The notes: generated from the letters alone by a model not told the origin. A stretch of 64,000 nt of DNA from Candidatus Latescibacterota bacterium (GCA_965243025.1 CBDETY010000003.1:736001-800000), one strand, 5' to 3'; counted from the first letter of the stretch, positions 1 to 9,846 are shown. Numbers and translations: made by a program.

Positions 1-458
1 AGCTGCGGCCCGAGGTGATGATCACCTTCGACCCCCACGGGCTCTACCCCCACGCCGACCACGTCGCCATCCACCGGGCGGCTGAGGCGGCGTTCTGGTC
101 GGCAGGCAGCGCCGCCCGGCCGCCGCCCAGGCGGCTGTACTACCCGGTATATCCCCTGGAGTCGCTGCGCGAGACGCAGGAGAAGCATTCCGGGGCCGCC
201 ATGGCCGACGTCGACGCCGACCTGTACGGGGTGTCCGCCGACTCGGTCGCGGCCGCGATCGACATCCGCGGCCAGGAGGAGAAGAAGCTGGCGGCGGTCT
301 GCGCCCATGCCTCGCAGTTCGGCCCCGAAGAGAGCGCGCGCGCCCAGATCGGGAAGAGGCCGCAGATGATGGCGGTGGAGCATTTCGCTCTCGGGGGCCT
401 GAGGGGAAGCTTCCCCCCGATGCCGGTCGACTGCCTGTTCGCGGGGGTCGGCGACTGA
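1..458 (+). CDS. PIG-L/LmbE family deacetylase (MshB-like), 5'-truncated by window edge
   Basis: ITFDPHGLYPHADH and 'KLAAVCAHASQ' motifs typical of the PIG-L C-terminal half; frame open to window start. Confidence 0.85.
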   Translation, partial: LRPEVMITFDPHGLYPHADHVAIHRAAEAAFWSAGSAARPPPRRLYYPVYPLESLRETQEKHSGAAMADVDADLYGVSADSVAAAIDIRGQEEKKLAAVCAHASQFGPEESARAQIGKRPQMMAVEHFALGGLRGSFPPMPVDCLFAGVGD

Positions 459-655
459 GGCAACACTAACCGCGCAGCAACTACTCGAAAGGCTGCTTCC
501 CCCCGATCAACGGGAACGTCTTGGGGGGGGACTCCGGAAACCGGTAGAACCCTGGCTCAACTCCGTCCGAAAGCCATTCCCGGAGGGCTGTCAATCCGGC
601 CTGGGTCGTGTCCGAGCCGGGGCCGCGGTAAAGGGAAAGGGTGCCGCTGTCCCGA

Positions 656-1588
656 CTACAGCGGGTTGGTGGTGGCCGCCGCACCGGCCTGCTCCTCGGC
701 CCACGCCTTGAGCGGAACGTCGTCCCAGTTCCTGGTGATCCAGTACTGGGAGGCGGGGTGGAACTCCGGGGTTTCCCCGAGGGGAGGAGACCCGGTGGCC
801 ATCGCTCCCAGCAGCTGCCGGCGGATGGGAGAGCTGCGCGCGATCAGCCCGGGGTCCTGCTCGATGTAGTCGGTGGGCCGCAGCCAGCGGTAGTGGTAGC
901 CGACGTGCATGATCTTGCGCGTCCTCGCCGACAGGTTGGGGCCGACGCAGTGCCAGGTCGCGGTGCGCCACAGCACCGCGGTGCCGGGCGGAACCCTCAG
1001 CTCGACCGCGCCGTCGAGGTCGAGCTCGGACCCGTCCCGCAGCTCCTGCGGCCGCCGCAGGTGGCTGCCGGGCACCATCCAGAGGTTGCCGGAGTTCGAC
1101 TCGGTCAGGTCGGAGAGGGCGTAGAAGATCTTGACCTCCATGAACGGCAGCCGCCCGTCAAGGGAGGGGGCCTCGAACAAATAGCTGCCGGCGAGATCCG
1201 GGTGCCAGTTGACGTTGCGGTACCCGGCCTCGTGGTCCTCCCCGTCGCCGCGGCCGACCCCGCCGGCACGCATCCGGTCGGGATACGGCGGGCGGTAATC
1301 GAGGTGGGAGGTGCGGATCTGGATGTTCCAGCCGATGGCGTCGACGACGAGGGGCAGGGCCTTGGGGTGGTCGATCAGATCGAGGAAGGCGTCGTGTTGG
1401 GAGAGGGCGTTGCGGACCGCGAAAGGCTCTTCCGGACCGAGGCCGGTCGATTCCCGGAGGCGGGCGGCCACCTCTTCGACCGCTTCGAGCAGGCGTCCGA
1501 CCTCGAGCGGCTCGAGGAAATCGTCGAGGATGACGTACCCCTTCTCCTCGAAGTCGCGCTGCTGCTGCCCGGTCATGGCGAGGGCCAT
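656..1588 (-). CDS. Phytanoyl-CoA dioxygenase (PhyH) family protein
   Basis: 'FEEKGYVILDDFL' N-terminus, WHPD HxD motif, 'MVPGSH', distal His (TWH); AGGAG RBS. Confidence 0.9.
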   Translation of the reverse strand: MALAMTGQQQRDFEEKGYVILDDFLEPLEVGRLLEAVEEVAARLRESTGLGPEEPFAVRNALSQHDAFLDLIDHPKALPLVVDAIGWNIQIRTSHLDYRPPYPDRMRAGGVGRGDGEDHEAGYRNVNWHPDLAGSYLFEAPSLDGRLPFMEVKIFYALSDLTESNSGNLWMVPGSHLRRPQELRDGSELDLDGAVELRVPPGTAVLWRTATWHCVGPNLSARTRKIMHVGYHYRWLRPTDYIEQDPGLIARSSPIRRQLLGAMATGSPPLGETPEFHPASQYWITRNWDDVPLKAWAEEQAGAAATTNPL

Positions 1589-1616
1589 GGTTCAGCTCCT
1601 TTCGCCCGAATCACGC

Positions 1617-2261
1617 TCAGTTCGATCCGGCCCAGCGCACCCCCTGGGTCATCAGCGCCTGCATGGCCGGGCGCCGGAAGGTGCGGGCGGTGTGCCCGAG
1701 GGCGGTGTAGAAGACCCGCCCCTCCCCGTACGGCTTGACCCATGCCACCGGGTGCGGCTTGTCGCTCCACTCGGCGGTGGCGAGGATGCGGATCGACGGA
1801 TCCCAGGCCGACATGTAGATCTCGTCCTCGACCTCGAAGTCGGAGATGCCGCGGGTCACCGGGTGGTCGCTGTCCTCGATGTTCACGGTGAAGGTCAGCC
1901 CTGGAGGGTGCCAGTTGGCGTGCCCCCCGAGAAGGTCGACGGCGCGCGCCCCGACCCACCAGGCGGTGCCGTGGACTCCGGCCAGGCCCCCGCCTCCGGC
2001 GACGAATTCGAACAGCCCGTCCTCCTGCTCCCGGGTGAGGTCGGGCTCCCGCCTGATGTCGCCCTCCGGCCCTTGGAAGGAGCGCGTGAACCCGGTGCCG
2101 AAGACGCAGACGTCGAACTCGCCCAGCGACGACGAGGCGAGTATGTCCTTGTCGCCGTCCAGTTGCGCTTGGAGGTCGCCGGCCGTATTTAGGAATCCGC
2201 AGATCACCTCGGCGCTCTTCTCGAAGCCGTGATTCTCGCCCGACAGAACCAGAACCTTCAT
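1617..2261 (-). CDS. ThuA-like domain protein (class I glutamine amidotransferase-like fold)
   Basis: MKVLVLSGENH, 'FVAGGGGLAGVH', 'HPVTRG', 'DEIY', 'YGEGRVFYTALGH'; GGAGG RBS 8 nt before ATG 2261. Confidence 0.9.
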   Translation of the reverse strand: MKVLVLSGENHGFEKSAEVICGFLNTAGDLQAQLDGDKDILASSSLGEFDVCVFGTGFTRSFQGPEGDIRREPDLTREQEDGLFEFVAGGGGLAGVHGTAWWVGARAVDLLGGHANWHPPGLTFTVNIEDSDHPVTRGISDFEVEDEIYMSAWDPSIRILATAEWSDKPHPVAWVKPYGEGRVFYTALGHTARTFRRPAMQALMTQGVRWAGSN

Positions 2262-2305
2262 TCGCATTTCCTCCGTTGGGGTGGTGCAGCCCAGGGAAAA
2301 TAGAC

Positions 2306-3247
2306 ATGGAGATCGTGAGATATCCAGACAGCCGCATCGAAGTGCTCGACGACCGCTTCGCCCGCTGCAAGCTCGCCAACGCCGCCCTCGAGCTGCTGTG
2401 GACCGGGGGCCGCTGGCTCGAGGGGCCGGCATGGTTCGGCGACGGCCGCTACCTGCTGTTCAGCGACATCCCCAACGACCGCATCCTCAAGTGGGAGGAG
2501 GAGACCGGGGAGGTTTCCGTCTTCCGCAAGCCCTCGAACAACAGCAACGGCAACACCCGGGACCGCCAGGGCCGCCTGGTCACCTGCGAGCACCGCACCC
2601 GCCGGGTAACCCGCACCGAACCCGACGGCTCGATCACCGTGCTCATCGACCGCTTCGAGGGGGGGCGGCTGAACGCCCCGAACGACGTCGTCGTCAAGTC
2701 GGACGGGTCGATATGGTTCACCGACCCGGGATACGGCATCCTGATGGATTACGAGGGGGGAAGGGCGGACTTCGAGAACGCCGCCAACGTCTTCCGCCTC
2801 GACCCGGATACCGGGGAGGCGGCCGTGGCCGCCGGGGACTTCCGGCGCCCGAACGGGATCTGCTTCAGCCCGGACGAGTCGCTGCTCTACGTCGTCGACA
2901 CCGGGCGCTCCGACGGCCCCGGGCACCCGACCCACATCCGCGTCTTCGACGTCGAGGGAGAGCGCCTCGCCAACGGCCGCGTCTTCGCCGACATGGAGCC
3001 GGGAGCCTCCGACGGCATCCGCACCGACCTCGACGGCAACCTGTGGTCGGGGGCCTGCTGGGGGGGTGAGGGGTACGACGGCGTCCACTGCTTCGCCCCG
3101 GACGGGGCCCTGATCGGCAAGGTCCACCTGCCGGCCCCCTGCTCCAACCTCTGCTTCGGCGGCCGCATGAAGAACCGGCTGTTCATGACCTGCTCGCAGT
3201 CGCTTTTCTCGGTCTATCTCGAGACCAACGGGGCGCAGACCCCGTAG
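2306..3247 (+). CDS. SMP-30/gluconolactonase/LRE family protein
   Basis: WLEGPAW, FSDIPNDRI, NAPNDVVVKSDGSIWFTDP, RPNGICFSPDE, DGIRTD motifs. Confidence 0.92.
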   Translation: MEIVRYPDSRIEVLDDRFARCKLANAALELLWTGGRWLEGPAWFGDGRYLLFSDIPNDRILKWEEETGEVSVFRKPSNNSNGNTRDRQGRLVTCEHRTRRVTRTEPDGSITVLIDRFEGGRLNAPNDVVVKSDGSIWFTDPGYGILMDYEGGRADFENAANVFRLDPDTGEAAVAAGDFRRPNGICFSPDESLLYVVDTGRSDGPGHPTHIRVFDVEGERLANGRVFADMEPGASDGIRTDLDGNLWSGACWGGEGYDGVHCFAPDGALIGKVHLPAPCSNLCFGGRMKNRLFMTCSQSLFSVYLETNGAQTP

Positions 3248-3334
3248 AGACCCCGCAGCTGTCCGGTGAATCCCCGGACCGGGGGGCCCGACTCGGAAAC
3301 CTCCGGTGTTCCGTGTTGAGGACCGGACGGCGGC

Positions 3335-4768
3335 TCACTCGATCCAGAAGGAGAACAGGCTGGCCCGGTGCAGGTAGAACTTCAGCTGCACCGGCTTGTC
3401 GAACACGAGGTCGTGGGAAGTCTTCCAGGCGACCCGGGCGCGGGTCGAGTCGCCGGTGAACGGGGGCGGAGGCTCGGCAGGCACCCAGAAACCGGGGATC
3501 GGCCGCCCCGACTCGGCGTCGAGGATCTCGGTGTAGATCTCCCCCCAGCGGGCATCGGCGTTGATGAAGACCTCTTCCCCCTTCAGCTCGAACGGTCTGG
3601 TGGTGACGACGCCGTTGTCGCTCCCCTCGATCGACACGAAGCCGTCCGGCCGCAGCCTGGCCAGCGACAGGGCTCCGGTGTCCTCGAAGTGGCGGGGGTC
3701 GACCCCCATGCGGTGCAGCTCGTCCAGCTTGCCGCGGCGCTCGTAGTTCTCCCTGGAGGTGCCCCACCTGAGGCCGTTGTAGTAGCACCAGATCTCGCCG
3801 TCGTCGCGGACCACCGGCTGCCCGGCCATCAGCAGCTGCCCGGTATCGTAGGTCTCGCCGTCGTAGGGCTCGACTCCGAGGAAGACGGCGCGGTCGGCGA
3901 CCCGCTCCCAGTTGTAGAGATCGCGGGAGACGCTGAGCTCCACCTGGTTGATGCGGTCGAAGTTGGTCTCCGGCGGGGGGTTGGCGCCGAACGGGTTGAA
4001 CAGCACCGGGAAGCCGACGTAGAGCCCCTGGTAGGGGAACACGGCCATGTTGTAGACCTCGGCGATGTAGTCTTCGCCGTCGACCGCGGCCGGGGTCAGG
4101 AAGGCGGGGTCCTCGATGATCCTGCGCACCCGCTGGCGGCAGTTCTCGTGGTCGGTCTCGTCGGAGTGGAAGATCAGCTTCGGCTCGCTGAACTCCCGGA
4201 AATCGGCGTCGCCCGTCGACAGGAAGACCGAGCGCCCCCATTCGGTCCCCTGCTTGACCATCGCCAGGTACTGGCGGCTGTAGGGATCCCAGGTGAACTG
4301 CGACTCGTCGCTGCTGGGGATCGCCGGGGCGCCGGTCGGGGTCCACTGGAAGCCGTCCGGGGACAGCGCCGGCTGCCGGCCCCAGGTCGCCAGCAGACCC
4401 TTGTAGCGCCGCTTGGGGTCCGGGTCGGCGTCGTCCCGCAGGAGGTGGTAGGCCCGTTCCCCGCGGTCGCCGTCCGGGTCGGCGGCGAGGTTGTTCCGCT
4501 TCGATCCCTCCCACTCGTACAGGCCGAGGTCTGGCAGGTCCCAGTGTTGCCCGTCCGCGGAGGTCGCGTAGCGGAGGGGTCCGCCGAAGTACCACCACTC
4601 CCATACCTGTTTGTCGGGATTCCACTGCGGGGAGTTGCGGCTCTGCACTCCGCCCGGGATCAGGGGGCCGCACTTCCTGGGCTGATGCAGGCGCCGGGTA
4701 ATGCGCTCGCTCGAATGGATGGCCCCGTCGTCGAGAAAGAGCTGGTGGAACCGCTTGGGCTCGAGCAT
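3335..4768 (-). CDS. Hypothetical protein, probable five-bladed beta-propeller glycoside hydrolase-like (GH32/GH43-like)
   Basis: 'QLFLDD' start, repeated 'SxDGxxW' Asp-box-like motifs, 'LARLRPDGFVS', C-terminal beta-sandwich 'LFSFW'; GAGGAG RBS. Confidence 0.7.
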   Translation of the reverse strand: MLEPKRFHQLFLDDGAIHSSERITRRLHQPRKCGPLIPGGVQSRNSPQWNPDKQVWEWWYFGGPLRYATSADGQHWDLPDLGLYEWEGSKRNNLAADPDGDRGERAYHLLRDDADPDPKRRYKGLLATWGRQPALSPDGFQWTPTGAPAIPSSDESQFTWDPYSRQYLAMVKQGTEWGRSVFLSTGDADFREFSEPKLIFHSDETDHENCRQRVRRIIEDPAFLTPAAVDGEDYIAEVYNMAVFPYQGLYVGFPVLFNPFGANPPPETNFDRINQVELSVSRDLYNWERVADRAVFLGVEPYDGETYDTGQLLMAGQPVVRDDGEIWCYYNGLRWGTSRENYERRGKLDELHRMGVDPRHFEDTGALSLARLRPDGFVSIEGSDNGVVTTRPFELKGEEVFINADARWGEIYTEILDAESGRPIPGFWVPAEPPPPFTGDSTRARVAWKTSHDLVFDKPVQLKFYLHRASLFSFWIE

Positions 4769-4998
4769 GTGATTCTCCTCAATGGATGCGGCGGCGGTCC
4801 GGTTTACGGGCGGTCTGCAGGGAGCGCCAGAATATGTGGGTCGGCTGGCAGGAGGTCATCTCGAAGCGATACCGAAAATTCTGGTACCGAGGGAACGAGC
4901 GGGGGTCAGGATGGTCGGGCTTTCTCCGACGATTGTTCGCGCGACGGGAGCTCGTCGGAGATACAAGGGAACCCCCGGGCCCTCGCGGGGGCGGCCTC

Positions 4999-5436
4999 TC
5001 AAGGCGGCTTCGAACCCGTGCCTCCCTCCGGCGATACGCAGCCCTCCGCCCTGGCAAGGGCTTCGAGCCGTTCGGCGATGCCGGCGGCCAGACCTCCCGG
5101 TTTGACCCCGACGACCGACAGGTCGCCGCGGCCCGCGGCCGCGGTCAGGCGGGGGAGGTCCGCCACCCGGAAGAGCCGCGTCCCCGAGCGCCGCCGGCGC
5201 CCCAGCTCCTTCCAGGTTCCGGCCGCAAGGTCCGGAGAGGCGAACAGGTAGGCGAGCTTGGGGACCCGGCGCACCGCGGACAGACCCATGACCGTGTCCC
5301 CGGACTGGCAGCCGATCCCAATGAGATTGGAAACAGCCGCGGCAGCCGCCTGGTCGAGAAATTCGGCCCCACCGCTGGAGGAACCACTTGCTTCCGCGGG
5401 CTTATCGGCCTCCTGATTTCGCTTTGACGACCCCAC
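4999..5436 (-). CDS. L7Ae/YlxQ-like RNA-binding protein (orphan)
   Basis: 'NLIGIGCQSGDTVMGLSAV...YLFASPDLA...LTAAAGRGDLSVVGVKPGGLAAGI' aligns by eye with the YlxQ/L7Ae pattern; CATAAT -10 box 11 nt upstream of GTG. Confidence 0.6.
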   Translation of the reverse strand: MGSSKRNQEADKPAEASGSSSGGAEFLDQAAAAAVSNLIGIGCQSGDTVMGLSAVRRVPKLAYLFASPDLAAGTWKELGRRRRSGTRLFRVADLPRLTAAAGRGDLSVVGVKPGGLAAGIAERLEALARAEGCVSPEGGTGSKPP

Positions 5437-5639
5437 GGCCCGAACCTATTATGCCGGCAGGCGGACCGCCAGGGGTCGCCGGGAGGGATCCGGGTACTCG
5501 TTTCCGGATGGCGAGGCCGCATGAAACGCTGCCTTCCACCCCCGGGGGGATTACCTGGTTCCCGGGGGTCAACAGGCGTGAGAGCCGTGGGTGCGAGCAC
5601 GCGGTGGGTGCGATTGCAACGCATCCAAGGGGATGGCGG

Positions 5640-5775
5640 TCCCCACTCCGAACTGCAGGCAGATCCCGCCCCCCACTGAAGGGGGACCCCTCCTGAAGGC
5701 TGTTGCCCCGCAACCCGTTCACCCGGGATAACCTTTCGCCACTTACAGCACCTCCGCTATCAAAAGGTGTCTTTC
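5640..5775 (+). promoter_or_regulatory. Putative structured 5' leader of ankyrin gene with RBS-sequestering hairpin
   Basis: Hairpins CCCCC-ACTGAA-GGGGG (5670-5685) and GTTGC-CCC-GCAAC (5702-5714); GCACCT (5748-5753) pairs with AGGTGT (5765-5770), the likely SD. Confidence 0.45.
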
Positions 5776-7464
5776 ATGTCCGCTGATCTTCCCAGCCGTC
5801 CCAGTCTGTCGAGCCTGCGAAGGGAGGCGAAATCCCTTCTCGAAGAGGTCCGCCGAAACCAGCCCGGGGCGCTGGCCCTGGTCCGGGAACACCATCCGGA
5901 CCCGGAGGATTTCGCCAGCGACCGGGACGCCCTGCTGGTGGTCGCCGGGAAGTACGGGTATCCAGGCTGGAGGGAGTTGCAGCGGACCTTCGAGGAGGAG
6001 GCAGGGGCCGGTGGGACCCTCGAGGAACGGGCAGACCTGTTCGCCGAGCTCGCCTGCCTGTCCTACCGCGGCGACGACCACGTCAGCCGCCGCGAGCGCG
6101 CCGCCCGAATGCTGGCCGAAACTCCCGGAATCTCCACGGCGAGCCCCTGGGCCGCCGCGGCTTCCTTCGATGTCGAGGCCCTGGGGCAGCTGACACGGGA
6201 TGCCGAAAGCGCCGCGGCCCCCGGCGGGCCCCGCGACTGGCCGCCGCTCCTCTACCTCTGCTACAGCCGGGTGCCGGAGGAAAAGCCCCGGCGCGACGCC
6301 GTGGCCGCCGCGGAGCTGCTGCTGGCAGCCGGCGCCACCGGCGACACCAGCGTCGGGCCGGAGGAGCGGGGCGGCTGGGGCTGGTCGGCCCTGACCGGGG
6401 TCCTGGGGGAAGGGGAGCACGGCCTGCTGCAGCAGCCGCCCCACCCGCGGGCCCGGGAACTCGCGGGGATCCTGCTCGACGCCGGGGCCGACCCGAACGA
6501 CTCCCAGGGGCTCTACAACACGATGTTCACCCCGGACAATAACTGGCTGGAGCTGCTCCTGGCGCGCGGGCTGGACGCCGGCGCGGTGGTCTATCCCGGA
6601 CACGAGCCGCCCCTGAGGACCCTCGACTACCAGCTGTCCCAGGCGGTCAGGAGGGGACTCTCCGAACGGGTGGCCCTGCTGCTGGAGCGCGGCGCCGACG
6701 CGGCCGCCCCCGACCTCTACAACGGCCGCTCGAACTACGAGAACGCCGTTCTCGGGGGCTTTCCGGAGATCGCCGAAATGCTGGCCGGTCACGGCGTCGA
6801 GGTCGTCGAGCTGTCCCTGGAGGACCGCTTCACCGCGGCGGCGATGAGCGGCGACGAAAGCAGGGCGAGGCAGCTGTTCGCAGAAGCTCCCGCCATGATC
6901 GAGAACCCGGAGCTGCTCCTGGAAGCGGCGGCCAATGCCGCGGCGACGCGCCTGCTCCTCGACCTCGGCGCCGACCCCGACGCCCCCAACGAGAACGGCC
7001 GCGTCCCCCTGCACTGGGCGGCATGGGAGAACTGCGGCGAGGTCGTCCGCCTGCTGCTGGCCCGCGGAGCGAGCTGCGAGATCCGGGAAAGGGACCACGA
7101 CGCCACCCCGGTCGGTTTCGCCAACCACGCCGGCCACTTCGAGCTTCGCGACCTGCTGCTCGATCACAGCAGGGACGTGTTCGACCTCGCTGCCTGGGGC
7201 AGGGTGGAGCAGCTGCGCGAGGTGCTGAAATCGGACCCGGCCCTGGCGAATGCCCGCCTGGCCGGGGGGCACACCCCGGTTCACGGGGTGGCGGCAGGTC
7301 CTGAAGGGGAACAGGTCCTCGACCTGCTGCTCGCCCACGGGGCCGACATCGACGCCCCCGCAGCCGACGGGGCGACCCCGCTCTCCGCGGCAGTCGAACG
7401 CGGCGACGAGGAGCTGGCGGCCCTTCTGAAAGCGCGCGGAGCCCGGGAAACCGGGGGCGGCTAG
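5776..7464 (+). CDS. Ankyrin-repeat protein with N-terminal 'LPxRPSL..L...AK.LL...YG..W' helical domain
   Basis: Many ankyrin repeats (LLDAGADPN, LLDLGADPDAPNENGRVPLHWAA, GADIDAPAADGATPLSAAV). Confidence 0.9.
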   Translation: MSADLPSRPSLSSLRREAKSLLEEVRRNQPGALALVREHHPDPEDFASDRDALLVVAGKYGYPGWRELQRTFEEEAGAGGTLEERADLFAELACLSYRGDDHVSRRERAARMLAETPGISTASPWAAAASFDVEALGQLTRDAESAAAPGGPRDWPPLLYLCYSRVPEEKPRRDAVAAAELLLAAGATGDTSVGPEERGGWGWSALTGVLGEGEHGLLQQPPHPRARELAGILLDAGADPNDSQGLYNTMFTPDNNWLELLLARGLDAGAVVYPGHEPPLRTLDYQLSQAVRRGLSERVALLLERGADAAAPDLYNGRSNYENAVLGGFPEIAEMLAGHGVEVVELSLEDRFTAAAMSGDESRARQLFAEAPAMIENPELLLEAAANAAATRLLLDLGADPDAPNENGRVPLHWAAWENCGEVVRLLLARGASCEIRERDHDATPVGFANHAGHFELRDLLLDHSRDVFDLAAWGRVEQLREVLKSDPALANARLAGGHTPVHGVAAGPEGEQVLDLLLAHGADIDAPAADGATPLSAAVERGDEELAALLKARGARETGGG

Positions 7465-7760
7465 GAAATCCCGGGGCCCCGGATTCGTACTGGAAGATCA
7501 CCGGCTGGCCCCCGCGCCGGGGATTCAAGCCGATTGCCAAGCCCCCGGGAGCGGACCCGGGCGGCACCGCTGCCCCGGTGTCGCTGGCGCCCCTGAAGCC
7601 CCGGAGATCGGCTGAGGCCCCCGGCCATCCGGGTGGTCCCGCCTTCCTGAAACAGACTGTCCGCGCCTTGTTCCAGCTGTCCGGTTTGCCTATTTCCTTT
7701 TCCGGAACGGCCGCCGCCCGCGGCAGGCCGGCCTACCAAGGCGACACGCGGAGAACGACC

Positions 7761-8636
7761 ATGGCAAAACGCGACCTGAACTTCGATCCCGAAGAGGGGA
7801 TCGACTTCATGAACATCGACGAGACCGACTACGGCGCGATGACCCTGGGGGAGAAGATGCGCCGCCTCGAAGTCGAGGGGTACGTCGTCCTTCCCGGCGT
7901 CCTCGACCCCGACCACATGGACCGCATCAAGGAGGAGATGGCGGACGCGCCGATGGGGACCAAGGACTACAGCGACTGCCAGACCTACCACCGCGAGCCG
8001 CAGTGGTACAGCCCGGCGCTGGCCGAGGTGATCGCCAACCCGCCGGTGGTCGAGTTCCTCGAGGCCCTGTGCGGCGAGGAGATCGTCTTCACCCGCGGGC
8101 TGTTCACGCGCACCCTGTCCGGGTCTCCCCCGATCTCGCTGCACACCGACGGGCAGCCGTTCGGCTCCTCGATCTTCGGGTACGAGGGCAGCTCGCCGAA
8201 GCTGCTGCGGGTGCTCTTCTACCTCGACGACCTCACCCCGGAGCGCGCCCCCCTGCGGGTGCTGCCGCGCTCCCACCTCTCCTTTCACGCCGACGCCAAC
8301 CCGTACGTGCGCTACAAGTCGCACCCGGGGGAGGTGACCATCTGCGCGAAGGCGGGGACCGCGGTCGTTTTCCCGGTCAACATCTTTCACGGCACCCACC
8401 CCAACATGTCCGACTCCTTGCGCACCCTGGTGCAGCTCGGGTACCGCCCGGCATGGGCAGGCCCGATTCAGCCGATGGAGGAGTGGGACCCCGAGCTCGT
8501 CGCCGCGGCCCCGGCGGTTGCCCGGCGCTTCCTGCAGAGCCCCAACACCTCGGGGGTCGACTGGGAGCAGCCGCACAAGCCGGTGGGGATGAAGTCCGAC
8601 GCGCCGGCGATCGCCCCGGAGCGGTGGGAACAGTGA
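7761..8636 (+). CDS. PhyH family dioxygenase
   Basis: 'LEVEGYVVLPGVL', LHTD HxD, 'VLPRSH', distal FHG; GGAGA RBS before ATG 7761. Confidence 0.88.
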   Translation: MAKRDLNFDPEEGIDFMNIDETDYGAMTLGEKMRRLEVEGYVVLPGVLDPDHMDRIKEEMADAPMGTKDYSDCQTYHREPQWYSPALAEVIANPPVVEFLEALCGEEIVFTRGLFTRTLSGSPPISLHTDGQPFGSSIFGYEGSSPKLLRVLFYLDDLTPERAPLRVLPRSHLSFHADANPYVRYKSHPGEVTICAKAGTAVVFPVNIFHGTHPNMSDSLRTLVQLGYRPAWAGPIQPMEEWDPELVAAAPAVARRFLQSPNTSGVDWEQPHKPVGMKSDAPAIAPERWEQ

Positions 8637-9685
8637 GCCGCCCCAACCTCCTGGTCGCCTGCAACCGGGGGGTGCGGGAGGGATGCCTAACCACCGCCGA
8701 CGTCGAGCGGCTCGAACGCTTCGCCGACTGGTCCTGGTTCGAGTGCGAGGGGGGAGGCATCGAGACCACCAACGAGGACCCTGCCGCCGCGGACGAGCTG
8801 ATAGCCCGGGTCGGGGACAAGGACGGCCTGATCGTCTGCCACGGCTCCCCGACCGTCGACGACCGCGTCCTCGACGCCGCACCGAAGCTGCGCATCGTCG
8901 GCGAGCTCGAGGGGGACCGCTTCGCCAGCCGCCTCGACCTCGAGGCCCTGTGGCGGCGCGGGGTGCGCACCGTCGACACCAACAACGCCTCTTCCTACCC
9001 GGTGGCGGACTGGGCCCTGGCGCTGATGCTGATCGCGGTCCGCAACGGCAGCTGCCATTACCGCCGCATGATGGCCGGGGAAACCCTGGTCGACGCCGCC
9101 GCCCTCGAGACCGGGGCCGGCACCCTGATCGGCAGGGAGATCGGCCTGATTGGGTGCGGCCACATGGGACGCCGGCTGATCCGGCTGCTGCAGCCGTTCG
9201 AGCCGGCGCGGATCTGGGTGCACGACCCCTACCTGCCGCCCGAGATGGCCGAGGTGGTCGGCTTCGTGCAGACGTCGCTCGAGCACGTCCTCGGCCACTG
9301 CGACGTCATCGTCTGCCTGGCGCCGCTCACCCCGGGGACCCGCCGCATGATCGGGAAAGCGGAGCTCGACCTGATCCGGCCGGGGTGCACCTTCGTCAAC
9401 GTGTCGCGGGGGCCGATCGTCGATCCCCAGGCCCTGATCGAGCGGCTGAAGAGAGGGGACATCACCGCGGGGCTCGACGTCTTCGATCCGGAGCCGGTCC
9501 CGCCCGACAGCGAGATCCTCGAGCTGCCGAACGTGTTCCTGAGCCCGCACATCGGCTGGTACAGCCCCGCGGTAAAGGAGCAGTATTTCACCCTCATGGT
9601 CGACGAGCTCGAGCGCTTCTTCGGCGGCCACGAGACCTGGTTCGACCTGACCCCGCGCTCCCGCGACAACCGCCGGGGAGCCTGA
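8633..9685 (+). CDS. D-isomer-specific 2-hydroxyacid dehydrogenase
   Basis: GLIGCGHMG Rossmann motif, FVNVSRG, GLDVFDPEP, LSPHIG; GTGA overlap with upstream gene. Confidence 0.92.
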   Translation: MSRPNLLVACNRGVREGCLTTADVERLERFADWSWFECEGGGIETTNEDPAAADELIARVGDKDGLIVCHGSPTVDDRVLDAAPKLRIVGELEGDRFASRLDLEALWRRGVRTVDTNNASSYPVADWALALMLIAVRNGSCHYRRMMAGETLVDAAALETGAGTLIGREIGLIGCGHMGRRLIRLLQPFEPARIWVHDPYLPPEMAEVVGFVQTSLEHVLGHCDVIVCLAPLTPGTRRMIGKAELDLIRPGCTFVNVSRGPIVDPQALIERLKRGDITAGLDVFDPEPVPPDSEILELPNVFLSPHIGWYSPAVKEQYFTLMVDELERFFGGHETWFDLTPRSRDNRRGA

Positions 9686-9846
9686 GGAAGTGGAAGTTCC
9701 GTTGAAGGCACGCACGGCATCCCTGAGGCTCGGCCATCGGCTGCGGAGGCAAACCGCTGGTGGAACGGTTGCTGAAGGAGGGCGGCCGTGAAGCCCGGCG
9801 GTCGGGGCCGCCAGTTTTACCCCACCGCGGTCCTTGGAGGCCGGAC

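Noticed and set aside
3261-3279. Hairpin GTCCGG-N7-CCGGAC between convergent genes as a terminator
   Set aside because: Short stem and no U-tract; expected by chance at this GC content
5455-5630. Possible SRP RNA, 6S RNA or known riboswitch
   Set aside because: The minus strand has CCAGGT...GGAAGGCAGC reminiscent of SRP, but the conserved helix-8 GNRA arrangement is absent; no known family recognised
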